64,000 nucleotides of DNA from Candidatus Poseidoniaceae archaeon (GCA_030747695.1 JASLKG010000004.1:73184-137183), one strand, 5' to 3'. Positions 28,986 to 40,900 are shown, counted from the first letter of the stretch. Notes: generated from the sequence alone by a model not told the origin. Numbers and translations are program-made.

Positions 28986-29522
28986 ATGGGAAAAGAGATC
29001 CCAGTACACGCAATATGGCTTGCCCAAGATGACCCAAAGAAGAATACTGCTGTGCGCCTATCACGTCGTGGTGATATAAATTTACACAAGCAATTCAATC
29101 GCTTGCCACGCCACGGTATAATTCTTGAACCATTGTGTGGTAAAGTATTGGGACCTGAAGACCATTCATTATTAACTCAAAAAGGTGGAGCTCTAGTTGG
29201 ATTAGATTGTTCTTGGGCACACATTGAAGAATCCGTTGATCAAGTAATGAAGCGTACTAAACTCAAGGGTAGAATGCTTCCCCTATTACTTGCTGCTAAT
29301 CCAGTAAATTGGGGTAAACCTGGTAAGATGACAACTGCAGAAGCACTAGCTGCATCCCTCTATCTTGTAGGTAGAAAAGACCATGCGAGGAAGTTGTTGG
29401 CCGCATTTAGATGGGGCGAGCAATTCTTTATTTTGAATAAAGAGCCTCTTGATGCATATGCTAAAGCCAAATCATCGGAAGAATTGGTAAAGCTACAATT
29501 TGAGTTCTTCGATATAGATTGA
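28986..29522 (+). CDS. tsr3: 16S rRNA aminocarboxypropyltransferase Tsr3 (DUF367)
   Basis: DDPKKNTAVRL, LDCSWAHIEE and LLAANPVNWGKP motifs. Confidence 0.85.
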   Translation: MGKEIPVHAIWLAQDDPKKNTAVRLSRRGDINLHKQFNRLPRHGIILEPLCGKVLGPEDHSLLTQKGGALVGLDCSWAHIEESVDQVMKRTKLKGRMLPLLLAANPVNWGKPGKMTTAEALAASLYLVGRKDHARKLLAAFRWGEQFFILNKEPLDAYAKAKSSEELVKLQFEFFDID

Positions 29523-29559
29523 TGATAATGGCTATGGTGTTGATTTACTTAGGGGCAAC

Positions 29560-30297
29560 ATGGTAGAAAGGCCAATACATCGCCTTTCAGATAATGGAAT
29601 TACTCCAGAAATGGATGACCTTGCCGAAGAAGAAATTATTACTCTTCGATCAGGTAAAGAAATTATTGTACGCTTACTTGCAACTCCGAGCGATCTTTCA
29701 GATTTAGCACTAGGACATATCAGGTGCGAAGATAGAGGAAAAGTAGATGACCTGAAAATATGTGGTAATGAGGTTATTCTTGAAGGTCATTTTCATGCTA
29801 GACCATCTGAGGATTTACTAACAGCCGCATGTGGTGCCTGCACAGCAGGTGAAATTCAAATACCTGAGAAAATTGTTGAAAATACTGTCCAGATTAATCT
29901 TAGAGTGAGGGATTTGCTTCAATTGATGAATGAAAATCAACCACTTTTCAAAAAAACAGGAGGAGTTCATGCAGCTGCTCTGTTTGCAGCAAATGGAGAT
30001 TTGCTATTTGTAAGGGAAGATGTTGGAAGGCACAATGCGTTCGACAAAGTTGTAGGTGCGGCCATAAAATCTGGTGACGAAATAAAAATAATCGTATTAT
30101 CTGGTAGAACTGGTTGGGAATTAATTGCCAAGGCTGCCAGAATTGGAATTGAAATTGTAATTAGTGTTGGTGCTATTTCAAGTGCAGCAGAATCATTAGC
30201 ACGTTCATGCGGAATCACTTTGGTAGGTTTTGCTTCAAGCGATAAACCATATGTCGTGGGTCCAATTGAACGTATAGTTGACAAATCAGAAGGTTGA
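29560..30297 (+). CDS. fdhD: FdhD sulfurtransferase (formate dehydrogenase accessory protein)
   Basis: GGVHAAALF and EDVGRHNAFDKVVG motifs. Confidence 0.88.
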   Translation: MVERPIHRLSDNGITPEMDDLAEEEIITLRSGKEIIVRLLATPSDLSDLALGHIRCEDRGKVDDLKICGNEVILEGHFHARPSEDLLTAACGACTAGEIQIPEKIVENTVQINLRVRDLLQLMNENQPLFKKTGGVHAAALFAANGDLLFVREDVGRHNAFDKVVGAAIKSGDEIKIIVLSGRTGWELIAKAARIGIEIVISVGAISSAAESLARSCGITLVGFASSDKPYVVGPIERIVDKSEG

Positions 30298-30306
30298 GGG
30301 TACATC

Positions 30307-32601
30307 ATGGCAAATAGGGAGGAGGTACGTGCAACTACGCCTGTAGACCGTAATCACCTCAGTATTAGTAAGCCAAAACAAATTGCTGCTGGAATACCAG
30401 CAGTTACTAGTTCCCTAAAGCATGGATTAACACGAATGGGACTAACTAAAACAATTAAGACGTTGAAAACAGTGAATCAAACAAATGGGTTTGACTGTCC
30501 TGGATGCGCATGGCCTGATCCTGAACATGCTTCACTGTTCGAATTTTGTGAAAATGGTGCTAAGGCGGTTGCAGATGAAGGAACCAAAAAAAGGGTCACT
30601 CCTTCTTTCATGAGTCAACATTCGGTTCAAGAAATGGCTGAAAATAGTGACTATTGGATCAATTCACAAGGCCGTATTACGCATCCTATGATTCTTCATC
30701 CTGGTTCTAATAATTATGAAAAAATTAGTTGGGAATCTGCTTTTGAATTAATTGCTAAAAATATTTCCAACAGCGGCGATCCTAATCGCTCTGTATTCTA
30801 TACTTCAGGGCGGACATCAAATGAAGCTGCGTTTTTGTACCAACTATTTGTTCGTAGTTTAGGAACCAATAATATGCCAGATTGTTCCAATATGTGCCAT
30901 GAATCTAGCGGGCGTGGACTTGGAGAGTCAATAGGTATCGGAAAAGGTACAGTTACTCTTGATGACTTCAATAAATCAAAGCTCATCATTGTTGTCGGAC
31001 AAAATCCTGGAACTAATCATCCACGAATGCTAACGGCTTTGAGAGATGCAAAGAGGAAGGGCGCAAAAATCATTCACATCAATCCACTACCTGAGGCCGG
31101 ATTAATTAGATTTAAACATCCACAAGATTACATGACACTTTCATTTGGGAGTGAACAATTAGCAGATATGCACCTACAAGTCAAAATTGGAGGTGATGCA
31201 GCACTATTTCATGGCCTGATGAAGGTCGTGCTAGAATTGGATTCATTGGATCACAATTTTATTTCAGATTCGACAAATGGATTTGAAGAACTGAAGCGGA
31301 ATGTCACATCTACATCATGGGAGAGAATTGAGAAAGATACTGGTCTCACCAGATTTCAAATTGAACAAGCAGGCAAAATGTGTGCTGATTCTAATGCAAC
31401 TATTGCCTGTTGGGCGATGGGGCTTACTCAACATAAAAATGGCGTTGCTGTTATTCAAGAAGTTGCAAATTTACTACTAATTGGGGGACATATTGGAAAA
31501 CCTGGTGCTGGATTATGTCCCGTCAGAGGACATTCAAATGTTCAGGGTGATCGCACTGTTGGTATTTGGGAAAGACCCAGTGAACAATTTTTGGAGAGGA
31601 TGGATAAAGCAACTGGTATTAATTCTCCAAGGAAACATGGTGTTGATGTAGTTGAGTCTATCATCAGGATGAATTCAGGTGAAGTCGATGTTTTTGTTTG
31701 TATGGGTGGTAACTTTATTTCTGCTACACCGGATACTGAGATTACAGCATCAGGTATTAGGAAGGTCAAACTTACTGTTCAAATCTCCACTAAATTGAAT
31801 CGTAGTCATCTAGTAACTGGCGAAACTGCTCTAATACTACCATGCCTAGGTAGAACTGAAATTGATAAACAAGATTCTGGTGAACAGTTTGTATCAGTAG
31901 AAAATTCAATGGGTATTGTTCACTCCTCAATAGGAGGAATTAAACCAATTTCTGAACACTTACGTAGCGAGGCTTGGATTGTTGCTAAGCTAGCATCAAT
32001 TGTCCTCGATGACAATCGTGATTGGATGGATTTGGTTTCGAATTATGATAACATTAGAGATTTGATGAGCAATGCACTAGAAGGGTTTGATGACTACAAT
32101 GAAAGAGTGCGCAACCCAAACGGCTTTGCACTACCTAATCTCCCTAGAGATAGTCGTCAATTCAACACAAGCGATGGTAGAGCGAAACTAATAACACATC
32201 AACTACCAGAACTTACAATATCTGATGGTAATTACGTAATGATGACTATACGCTCTCACGATCAATATAATACCACGATATATGATCTACATGACAGATA
32301 TAGAGGGATTCATGGAAATAGACGTGTAGTATTGATGAATGCAAACGACATGATTGAACGAGGTTGGAAGACAAGGCACTTTGTAGACATTGTGAGCCAT
32401 TATGAAGGTGAAACACGTAGAGCAAATAGTTGGCAAGTAGTCCCATATGATATTCCTAGCGGAAACATTGCTACATATTTCCCAGAAGCAAATGTATTGG
32501 TTCCACTAAATTCTACTGCTGACAAATCCAATACTCCTACTTCAAAATGGATAATTTGTAGTCTTCTCGAACCGGGACAGTCGCTCGGCGAGGAGGAATG
32601 A
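30307..32601 (+). CDS. FdhF/YdeP-family molybdopterin oxidoreductase
   Basis: GFDCPGCAWPDP, EFCENGAKA, SGRTSNEAAFLYQLF and PDCSNMCHESSG are signatures typical of YdeP-type enzymes. Confidence 0.88.
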   Translation: MANREEVRATTPVDRNHLSISKPKQIAAGIPAVTSSLKHGLTRMGLTKTIKTLKTVNQTNGFDCPGCAWPDPEHASLFEFCENGAKAVADEGTKKRVTPSFMSQHSVQEMAENSDYWINSQGRITHPMILHPGSNNYEKISWESAFELIAKNISNSGDPNRSVFYTSGRTSNEAAFLYQLFVRSLGTNNMPDCSNMCHESSGRGLGESIGIGKGTVTLDDFNKSKLIIVVGQNPGTNHPRMLTALRDAKRKGAKIIHINPLPEAGLIRFKHPQDYMTLSFGSEQLADMHLQVKIGGDAALFHGLMKVVLELDSLDHNFISDSTNGFEELKRNVTSTSWERIEKDTGLTRFQIEQAGKMCADSNATIACWAMGLTQHKNGVAVIQEVANLLLIGGHIGKPGAGLCPVRGHSNVQGDRTVGIWERPSEQFLERMDKATGINSPRKHGVDVVESIIRMNSGEVDVFVCMGGNFISATPDTEITASGIRKVKLTVQISTKLNRSHLVTGETALILPCLGRTEIDKQDSGEQFVSVENSMGIVHSSIGGIKPISEHLRSEAWIVAKLASIVLDDNRDWMDLVSNYDNIRDLMSNALEGFDDYNERVRNPNGFALPNLPRDSRQFNTSDGRAKLITHQLPELTISDGNYVMMTIRSHDQYNTTIYDLHDRYRGIHGNRRVVLMNANDMIERGWKTRHFVDIVSHYEGETRRANSWQVVPYDIPSGNIATYFPEANVLVPLNSTADKSNTPTSKWIICSLLEPGQSLGEEE

Positions 32602-33851
32602 TTGTGTCTGAAGTAGGATATTTCCAACTTCTAAAGAGTAATCGCAAGTTTAGATTCTTTTGGAGTGCTGCAATAATTTCGATGCTAGGTGAATGGTTCA
32701 ATACGATAGCAATATTCACGATATTACTTTCATTTACTGGATCTGAAGCGCTCTTAGGCTTATTGTTCACAATACGGCTGATGTCTTTTGCACTATTGCA
32801 GCCTATTATTGGCTTACTTGCTGATAGGTGGCAACGGAAATCAATAATGATATGGTCGAATCTAATTCAAGTAGGACTTGCTCTTTGCTTTTTACTAGTG
32901 GATGGCCCAGAAGACATGTGGTGGATGTTAGCACTAAATGGGATTATGATGATATTGCATGGAGCTTATATGACTGCTGAACGTGCAGCTTTACCTAATA
33001 TTGTAAGTGATGATGAATTGGCAACTGCAAATGCTCTAGATTCGGCAACATGGTCATTTTCTCTTGCGATTGGTGCAGCACTTGGCGGATTTGTTGTGAG
33101 TGAATATGGAACCGATTGGGCATTCATTATAGATTCTGTAACGTTTTTGCTCGGTACTCTATTGATATTACCAGTTGTAATACCACAAAAGATAAGCAAG
33201 GAAATGCAAGGGCCACTTTTTAGTACTGCGTTTTCAAATATCAAAGCCGGATGGGTACGTACAAAAAATGAGGCGAGACTATTCCGAATAATTTTTGCAA
33301 AGGCCTCATGGAATATTGCAGGTGGTGGACTTGCAGCAGTATATCTAGTTCTAGCTGGTTCAAGTATTACAAATATCGAAATGGCAGCTGGTATGGGATT
33401 ATTTTACATGGCTCGAGGTATCGGTACGGGTATAGGTCCAATATTTGCAAGAAAGGTGTTTCTAGATGAAAAGAAATGGCCTGGGCTTGTTGGAATATTG
33501 GTTGCAGCATCAGGAATATTGTACTTTTTTGTTGGGCTATCCCTCGAACTAAATCTATTCATTATACTATTTCTGATTATAACAGCGCATGCAGCAAGCG
33601 GTGCTAATTGGGTCCTATCAACAATCCTAACTCAAAAATGGGTAGAAGATGAAATGCGCGGTAGGGTTTTCAGCATGGATATGATCTTAATGAGCCTATC
33701 ATTTTCAATTAGCACACTCATCGCAGGTGCATTACTCGAATACAATATATTTAGTTTGAAAGAAGGTATGCTGATATTTGCATCAGTTATGGTTGTTGCA
33801 GGTATTTTGTTTACACTATGGCGTCCAGATAAGGCTTCTGCATCAGCATAA
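32598..33851 (+). CDS. MFS transporter
   Basis: 12 TM segments, FRFFWSAAIISMLGEWFN N-terminus, GLLADRWQRK loop. ATGA overlap with the ydeP-like stop. Confidence 0.8.
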   Translation: MIVSEVGYFQLLKSNRKFRFFWSAAIISMLGEWFNTIAIFTILLSFTGSEALLGLLFTIRLMSFALLQPIIGLLADRWQRKSIMIWSNLIQVGLALCFLLVDGPEDMWWMLALNGIMMILHGAYMTAERAALPNIVSDDELATANALDSATWSFSLAIGAALGGFVVSEYGTDWAFIIDSVTFLLGTLLILPVVIPQKISKEMQGPLFSTAFSNIKAGWVRTKNEARLFRIIFAKASWNIAGGGLAAVYLVLAGSSITNIEMAAGMGLFYMARGIGTGIGPIFARKVFLDEKKWPGLVGILVAASGILYFFVGLSLELNLFIILFLIITAHAASGANWVLSTILTQKWVEDEMRGRVFSMDMILMSLSFSISTLIAGALLEYNIFSLKEGMLIFASVMVVAGILFTLWRPDKASASA

Positions 33852-33903
33852 ATCACTAGATATTTTAGACAATCAATAAGGATGAGTCCCTCTAGCATCG
33901 AAC

Positions 33904-35934
33904 ATGGCAACTGATATTGATGCGATGAGAATACATGTATCAGATGGTATACCACTTGATTTGCCAGAACATCCCGGAATTTGTCAAGATGTAGATCATG
34001 CACCTGCACGCCGACAAGTATTATCTAATTCTGAAAAAAAAATGGCTTTACGTAATGCTCTCAGGTATTTCCCTAGTGAATTACATGAGCAACTTGCACC
34101 AGAATTTGCAGAAGAATTAGAAACATATGGTAGAATATGGATGATGCGTTACCGCCCATCAGAGTATAAAATCAGGGGCTATCCCATTGATTCCTACCCA
34201 TGCAAATCAACAAGTGCTGCTGCAATAATGTTGATGATTCATAACAATCTCGATGTGAATGTTGCCCAATTCCCTCACGAATTGATTACATATGGTGGGA
34301 ATGGAGCTGTATTCCAAAACTGGGCTCAATACAGACTTGTTATGAAATACTTGTGCGAAATGGAGGATGATCAAACATTAGTGATATACTCTGGACATCC
34401 CCTAGGTATTTTCCCTTCAAACGAAAATGCACCGAGAGTAGTTATTACAAATGGAATGGTTATACCTAATTATTCATCACAAGACGATTATGATAGGATG
34501 AATGCAATGGGAGTTAGTCAATATGGGCAAATGACTGCTGGATCATACATGTACATTGGACCACAAGGAATTGTTCATGGAACTACTATTACAATACTTA
34601 ACGCAGCCAGAATGCATGCTGGTGCTACTGACTCCCTTTCTGGAGTTAGTTTTGTTACATCTGGTTTAGGTGGTATGTCTGGAGCACAGGCAAAAGCGGC
34701 AGTAATTGCAGGAGCCTCGTGTATTGTAAGCGAAATCAATCCACATGCAGCAGAAAAGAGACACAGGCAAGGGTGGGTCAATGTAATTGCCAATTCTACT
34801 GATGAGGCTATCGATCTAATGCTTGATGCTGTAAACGCTGGTGAGGCTATTTCTATTGCACATGTAGGTAACATTGTAGATCTTCTCGAAAGGATAGTTG
34901 AGAGAAATGTAAATGTCGATTTACTTTCTGACCAAACAAGTTTACATAACCCATGGCAAGGAGGATACTATCCTGTCACATTATCCTTTGATGACAGTAT
35001 AGAAATGATGTCATCTAATCCAACGCAATTTAAATCAGAAGTTCAGAAATCATTACGGCGGCACGCAGAAGCAATAAACAAACTAACCGGAAGTGGTACA
35101 TATTTCTGGGATTATGGTAATGCATTCTTGCTAGAAGCTAGCCGTGCTGGTGCTGACGTAATGGATGATTCGGGTACTGGTTTTAGATATCCAAGTTATG
35201 TTGAAGATATAATGGGGCCAATGTGCTTTGATTACGGATTCGGCCCATTCAGATGGGTATGCACATCTGGGAAGCCTGAAGATTTAATTGAATCTGATTT
35301 AATTGCTGCAAAAATACTAACGCAAATGTCTGATAATTCTCCAGAGGAAATTAAACAACAGATGTTAGATAATCTTCGCTGGATTAAGGATGCAAACAAA
35401 AACAACCTAGTTGTTGGAACACAAGCAAGAATATTGTATGCCGATGCTGAAGGAAGAAAGCGTATTGCAAAAGCCTTCAACGATGCTATATCCGATGGAA
35501 GAATCTCAGCTCCTATTGTATTAGGGCGTGATCATCACGATGTTTCTGGTACTGATTCTCCCTACAGAGAAACTGCAAACATACAAGATGGGTCCATGTT
35601 TACTGCCGATATGTCAGTTCAAAATTTCGTTGGTGATTCCTTCAGGGGAGCGACGTGGGTAAGTTTGCATAATGGTGGAGGTGTTGGATGGGGTGAGGTC
35701 ATTAATGGTGGCTTTGGATTACTAATTGATGGAACCATGGATAGTGAAATTAAGTTGAAATCAATGCTTGATTGGGATGTTAATAATGGGATTACACGTA
35801 GAGCTTGGGCCCGTAATGATGGTGCATTATTTGCAATAAGAAGAGCGATGGATTCTAATCCTAAACTAAAAGTAACTCTACCTCATGTTTCAGAGGACAA
35901 ACTCATTGACTCGTTCTTTCACGGTGGTGTCTGA
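33904..35934 (+). CDS. hutU: Urocanate hydratase (long, 676-aa form)
   Basis: ITYGGNGAVFQNW, QYGQMTAGSYMYIGPQGIVHGT, GLGGMSGAQ and RDHHDVSGTDSPYRET motifs. Confidence 0.92.
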   Translation: MATDIDAMRIHVSDGIPLDLPEHPGICQDVDHAPARRQVLSNSEKKMALRNALRYFPSELHEQLAPEFAEELETYGRIWMMRYRPSEYKIRGYPIDSYPCKSTSAAAIMLMIHNNLDVNVAQFPHELITYGGNGAVFQNWAQYRLVMKYLCEMEDDQTLVIYSGHPLGIFPSNENAPRVVITNGMVIPNYSSQDDYDRMNAMGVSQYGQMTAGSYMYIGPQGIVHGTTITILNAARMHAGATDSLSGVSFVTSGLGGMSGAQAKAAVIAGASCIVSEINPHAAEKRHRQGWVNVIANSTDEAIDLMLDAVNAGEAISIAHVGNIVDLLERIVERNVNVDLLSDQTSLHNPWQGGYYPVTLSFDDSIEMMSSNPTQFKSEVQKSLRRHAEAINKLTGSGTYFWDYGNAFLLEASRAGADVMDDSGTGFRYPSYVEDIMGPMCFDYGFGPFRWVCTSGKPEDLIESDLIAAKILTQMSDNSPEEIKQQMLDNLRWIKDANKNNLVVGTQARILYADAEGRKRIAKAFNDAISDGRISAPIVLGRDHHDVSGTDSPYRETANIQDGSMFTADMSVQNFVGDSFRGATWVSLHNGGGVGWGEVINGGFGLLIDGTMDSEIKLKSMLDWDVNNGITRRAWARNDGALFAIRRAMDSNPKLKVTLPHVSEDKLIDSFFHGGV

Positions 35935-37472
35935 TGGTTGTCAAACTTGATGGCAATACCCTCACCGCAAATGAGGTTGACATGGTTGCCAATGGTGAGA
36001 AAGTAGAAATTGCTACAGATGCTTGGGAATGTGTCGATAATTCACGTAATGTTGTCGAAAGAATTTTAGAAAATAATCATACAGTTTACGGAATTAATAC
36101 AGGCTTTGGGGCTCTTGTCAATGAAAGAATTTCACTAGCTGATTTAGCACAATTACAAATTAATTTGATTCGATCACATGCTTGCGGTTTAGGCGAGCCA
36201 ATGTCAAAAAAGGATACAAGAGCAATGATGTGTGTAAGGGCGAACTCTTTGGCCAAGGGTAATTCCGGTATTCAGAGAAAGGTTTTGATTCAACTGATTG
36301 AATTCCTAAATGAGGATATTGTTCCTGTAGTTCCGAGAATTGGAAGCCTTGGTGCATCCGGTGATTTAGCACCTCTTTCGCATGTTGCATTATCTCTTAT
36401 TGGTGAAGGTGAAGTGTGGAATGGTGATGAAATAGTCGACACTTCTACAGCCTTAAAAAGCAAAGGTCTTATTCCTGTAGAACTTGGTGCTAAGGATGGA
36501 TTATCTCTGATTAATGGTACTGCACAGATGTGTGCATTTCTTGTAAATGCCGAACAACGGCTACAAAATCTGCTAGTCATGGCTGATTTAATAGCATGTA
36601 CAACCATTGAAGCAAGAGAATGTTCGATTAAGCCAATGGATCCACGTGTACAAAGGGCCAGACCACACCCAGGCCAGACAAAAATTGCTGAAAGGATAAG
36701 AGGTATAATGGAAAATTCTCCTATTGTGAAGATGCATCAAAATTGCGATCGTGTACAAGACGCCTACTCATTTAGATGTATACCACAAGTACACGGCGCA
36801 GTTTTACAACGTCTTGAAGAACTAATGAAAACACTCGACATCGAAATTAATAGTGCAACTGATAACCCTCTAATTTTCCCAGATTTAGCCAATCCTGGAG
36901 AACATGAAGTGATTAGTCAAGGTAATTTCCACGGAGAAGTTTTAGCTCTTGCAGCAGATTCAATGTCTCATGCAATATTCGAATTAGCACATATAAGTGA
37001 AAGGAGAATTGATCAAATGATTGATCCAAATAGGAGCAATTTGCCAGCATTCCTAGCAGCAAATTCGGGATTAGAATCTGGTATGATGATTGTGCACTAT
37101 TCAGCTGCGGCTGCACTAGCTGAAATGCATGGGCATGCAATGCCACATTCAGCCTTTTCAACTCCAACCTCGGCTGGTCAAGAAGACCATGTTTCAATGG
37201 GGGCAACTGCCTGCTGGAATCTTATTCTAGCTACAGATAGACTAGCAAATGTACTTGCCTGCGAATTACTTGTTGCATGTGAAGCATTAGAATATAGAAA
37301 AGAGGACCCTGCAAGTCATGTAATGGGTCTTTACAATCTTGTTCGTACTGTAAGCAAACCACTAAATGGTGACAGATCTACTTCAAGCGAGATACAAGTC
37401 TTGTCACAAGAAATATCACAAGGTGGATGGCTTGCTAGAATTGAAGCCGAACATGGAAGATTGATTAGATAA
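35934..37472 (+). CDS. hutH: Histidine ammonia-lyase
   Basis: GSLGASGDLAPLSH (the MIO-forming ASG triad) and YGINTGFG. Start overlaps the hutU stop by 1 nt. Confidence 0.93.
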   Translation: MVVKLDGNTLTANEVDMVANGEKVEIATDAWECVDNSRNVVERILENNHTVYGINTGFGALVNERISLADLAQLQINLIRSHACGLGEPMSKKDTRAMMCVRANSLAKGNSGIQRKVLIQLIEFLNEDIVPVVPRIGSLGASGDLAPLSHVALSLIGEGEVWNGDEIVDTSTALKSKGLIPVELGAKDGLSLINGTAQMCAFLVNAEQRLQNLLVMADLIACTTIEARECSIKPMDPRVQRARPHPGQTKIAERIRGIMENSPIVKMHQNCDRVQDAYSFRCIPQVHGAVLQRLEELMKTLDIEINSATDNPLIFPDLANPGEHEVISQGNFHGEVLALAADSMSHAIFELAHISERRIDQMIDPNRSNLPAFLAANSGLESGMMIVHYSAAAALAEMHGHAMPHSAFSTPTSAGQEDHVSMGATACWNLILATDRLANVLACELLVACEALEYRKEDPASHVMGLYNLVRTVSKPLNGDRSTSSEIQVLSQEISQGGWLARIEAEHGRLIR

Positions 37473-38325
37473 GTTCATCTATTCTGCTTTCTACTTCATC
37501 GAATCCGGTTAATTGTCTAACTCTGAAACGTAGTTTTGTTACCTCAGATATATGGCCTCTTTCAAGTAGAATATCTAAGCGATTATCTAATTCAACTGCA
37601 CGCCTTATCTTTGCTTCTACTGTTGAATACAATGTGTATGCGTCATCATCTGTCTTGTGTAATGCAGGTTCTAATTCTGAAACATCTAATCCCATCCTCC
37701 GCCACTGTAGTATCCGTCTACGCAAAATATCCTGTGTAAATCCTTCTCTTTGTAATCTTGTTAAGAATGATAACGCAGTGCCACCATCTTCAGATAATGA
37801 CATTTCCTCGTTGTTTTCTTCAATTATTATTCCATCTTCAGTCTCAATTATATTGACCTCGATTTCGGGGAAATCCCACTTAGGAGCTTCCCTATGCCAT
37901 CTTTTCAACTGCACTGAATCTAAAATATCAGTGTCAAGAGCAAATAATATCATCCAAGGGCGTCGATTTAGTGCATCTATAAGTTGCATTTGCAATTGCT
38001 GAACTGCGGCAACACCATGCATGTCAATCAATAATTCGATACCCTCCATAACAACCACACCAGAATGGGCCATTAATCTTGAATTTACTAAGTCATGTAT
38101 TTGGTCAATCGAAGGTTGTATGGAACCAGAGACCTCTTGTGTAGTCATCCAATATGCCTCAACTTTATCGAGATGAACATGCTCCAATAGCCTCCTCTGT
38201 GGCAGACGTGAAATCAATAAAACATGATAATTTTCTTGCATCGATATTTTGTCTGTCCATGTTAATAATTCAACTGGATCTTTCATGCTTAAAGTACATG
38301 CTTTACCTAATTGAATTTCCTCCAT
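37465..38325 (-). CDS. DUF835-like domain protein with a C-terminal helical extension
   Basis: YHVLLISRLPQRRL ... AYWMT ... IQPS ... VVVMEGIELLIDMHG ... ILFALD follows the DUF835 pattern (isR.P ... WLt ... ldglEyLi). Confidence 0.55.
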   Translation of the reverse strand: MEEIQLGKACTLSMKDPVELLTWTDKISMQENYHVLLISRLPQRRLLEHVHLDKVEAYWMTTQEVSGSIQPSIDQIHDLVNSRLMAHSGVVVMEGIELLIDMHGVAAVQQLQMQLIDALNRRPWMILFALDTDILDSVQLKRWHREAPKWDFPEIEVNIIETEDGIIIEENNEEMSLSEDGGTALSFLTRLQREGFTQDILRRRILQWRRMGLDVSELEPALHKTDDDAYTLYSTVEAKIRRAVELDNRLDILLERGHISEVTKLRFRVRQLTGFDEVESRIDELI

Positions 38326-38423
38326 AATTCGACCTCAAGCCCCTCGGACAATGTGAGGCGTGTAACTTCAAGTCCATGAACCATTATATCTTGAAAGGGG
38401 GTGGGCGAGACGGAGTGACAGTA

Positions 38424-40025
<1,602 letters not shown>

Positions 40026-40027
40026 TC

Positions 40028-40384
40028 ATGCCAAAAGATGGGCTTGATACCCTTATAGGAAAGGAATCATGTCCCGTGTGCGGCACTATTTCGGCAAAAG
40101 GAACTGCCAGATGCCCAGAGTGCGGAACATTCCATTCAGGGGTCTATCTTGAAGAGCGAGATGCACCTCCTCCAGAGGATAGGCCAAGCGAGAGAGACGT
40201 TGATCCACTTGATTACTCGATTGATCCCGCTTCTGCAATTACACACGAAGAGTTTGAATCAGATGATGCATCAGTAAAAAGCTGGAAAGGAGGGTCAACA
40301 GATTTTTCCTTTGAAGATGATGAACCTGTGACAAAAGTCAACGATACTAAGATTCCTGATGATGAAGAAATTCTTTCAGATTGA
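40028..40384 (+). CDS. Small acidic zinc-ribbon protein
   Basis: CPVCG-x10-CPECG. ATG is 3 nt after the upstream stop. Confidence 0.6.
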   Translation: MPKDGLDTLIGKESCPVCGTISAKGTARCPECGTFHSGVYLEERDAPPPEDRPSERDVDPLDYSIDPASAITHEEFESDDASVKSWKGGSTDFSFEDDEPVTKVNDTKIPDDEEILSD

Positions 40385-40432
40385 TTTTATATTAATTATT
40401 GCTTAATTAAGAAATAATGATAAATCATTATT
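40385..40432 (+). terminator. Possible terminator region: T-rich tract and an AT-only hairpin between convergent units
   Basis: TTGATTTTATATT directly after the stop. Hairpin aataatga-taaa-tcattatt at 40413-40432. Confidence 0.3.
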
Positions 40433-40445
40433 AAGAGTTGAGAGT

Positions 40446-40518
40446 GGGCTCGGCCAGAATTGAACTGGCGATCTTTGCCATGTCAAGGCAACGTCATAAC
40501 CCCTAGACCACGAGCCCT
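40446..40518 (-). tRNA. tRNA-Val (anticodon GAC), 73 nt, no intron, CCA not encoded
   Basis: The reverse complement is GGGCTCGTGGTCTAGGGGTTATGACGTTGCCTTGACATGGCAAAGATCGCCAGTTCAATTCTGGCCGAGCCCA. It has a 7-bp acceptor stem, anticodon stem TTGCC/GGCAA with loop TTGACAT, and T arm GCCAG-TTCAATT-CTGGC. Confidence 0.93.
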
Positions 40519-40539
40519 CAAATTCACCCACAATGACGG

Positions 40540-40556
40540 TCTATATATCGAAATCG
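40540..40556 (-). promoter_or_regulatory. Putative TATA box/BRE for tRNA-Val
   Basis: The minus strand reads CGATTTCGATATATAGA, centred about 27 nt upstream of the mature tRNA 5' end. Confidence 0.45.
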
Positions 40557-40565
40557 GTTTACTAA

Positions 40566-40718
40566 TCAGCTTACGATCTTTGAGATTTTACCAGGACATC
40601 CAGTCCGAGAACAAAACCCTGCGCATCGAGTTCGCCCATTACTCATCTTGATTAGTTTGCCATCCTTTATTGGACCATAATTTTTACATTTTAAGCAATA
40701 TCCACTTACTTCTGCCAT
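40566..40718 (-). CDS. 50-aa zinc-ribbon protein, DUF5679-like (below the ORF-track cutoff)
   Basis: Hand translation gives MAEVSGYCLKCKNYGPIKDGKLIKMSNGRTRCAGFCSRTGCPGKISKIVS. The YCxKCK ... NGR ... GxC ... GCxGK pattern matches my recollection of DUF5679. Confidence 0.6.
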   Translation of the reverse strand: MAEVSGYCLKCKNYGPIKDGKLIKMSNGRTRCAGFCSRTGCPGKISKIVS

Positions 40719-40900
40719 AATGACCGTAACAGCGACAGCGCATCGGCTCTATCAATTCTGTGTTCATTGAGTGATTTTCAAAAAAATGGGATTTTACCCC
40801 AAATACCCCCTACTTTAGGGGTGATTTTTGATATTTATTTAGAAATATTGCCAGAAACGAGGTACTGCGAGGCTATTGTCTAGTACATGTTTTGAAGTAC

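Noticed and set aside
30307-32601. Possible selenocysteine (in-frame TGA) in the formate-dehydrogenase-like molybdoenzyme.
   Set aside because: The reading frame is uninterrupted and no in-frame TGA is present. YdeP-type enzymes use Cys.
40460-40651. 63-aa plus-strand ORF from the ORF track.
   Set aside because: It overlaps the tRNA-Val gene and is antisense to the better-supported DUF5679-like zinc-ribbon ORF. It has no motif support.
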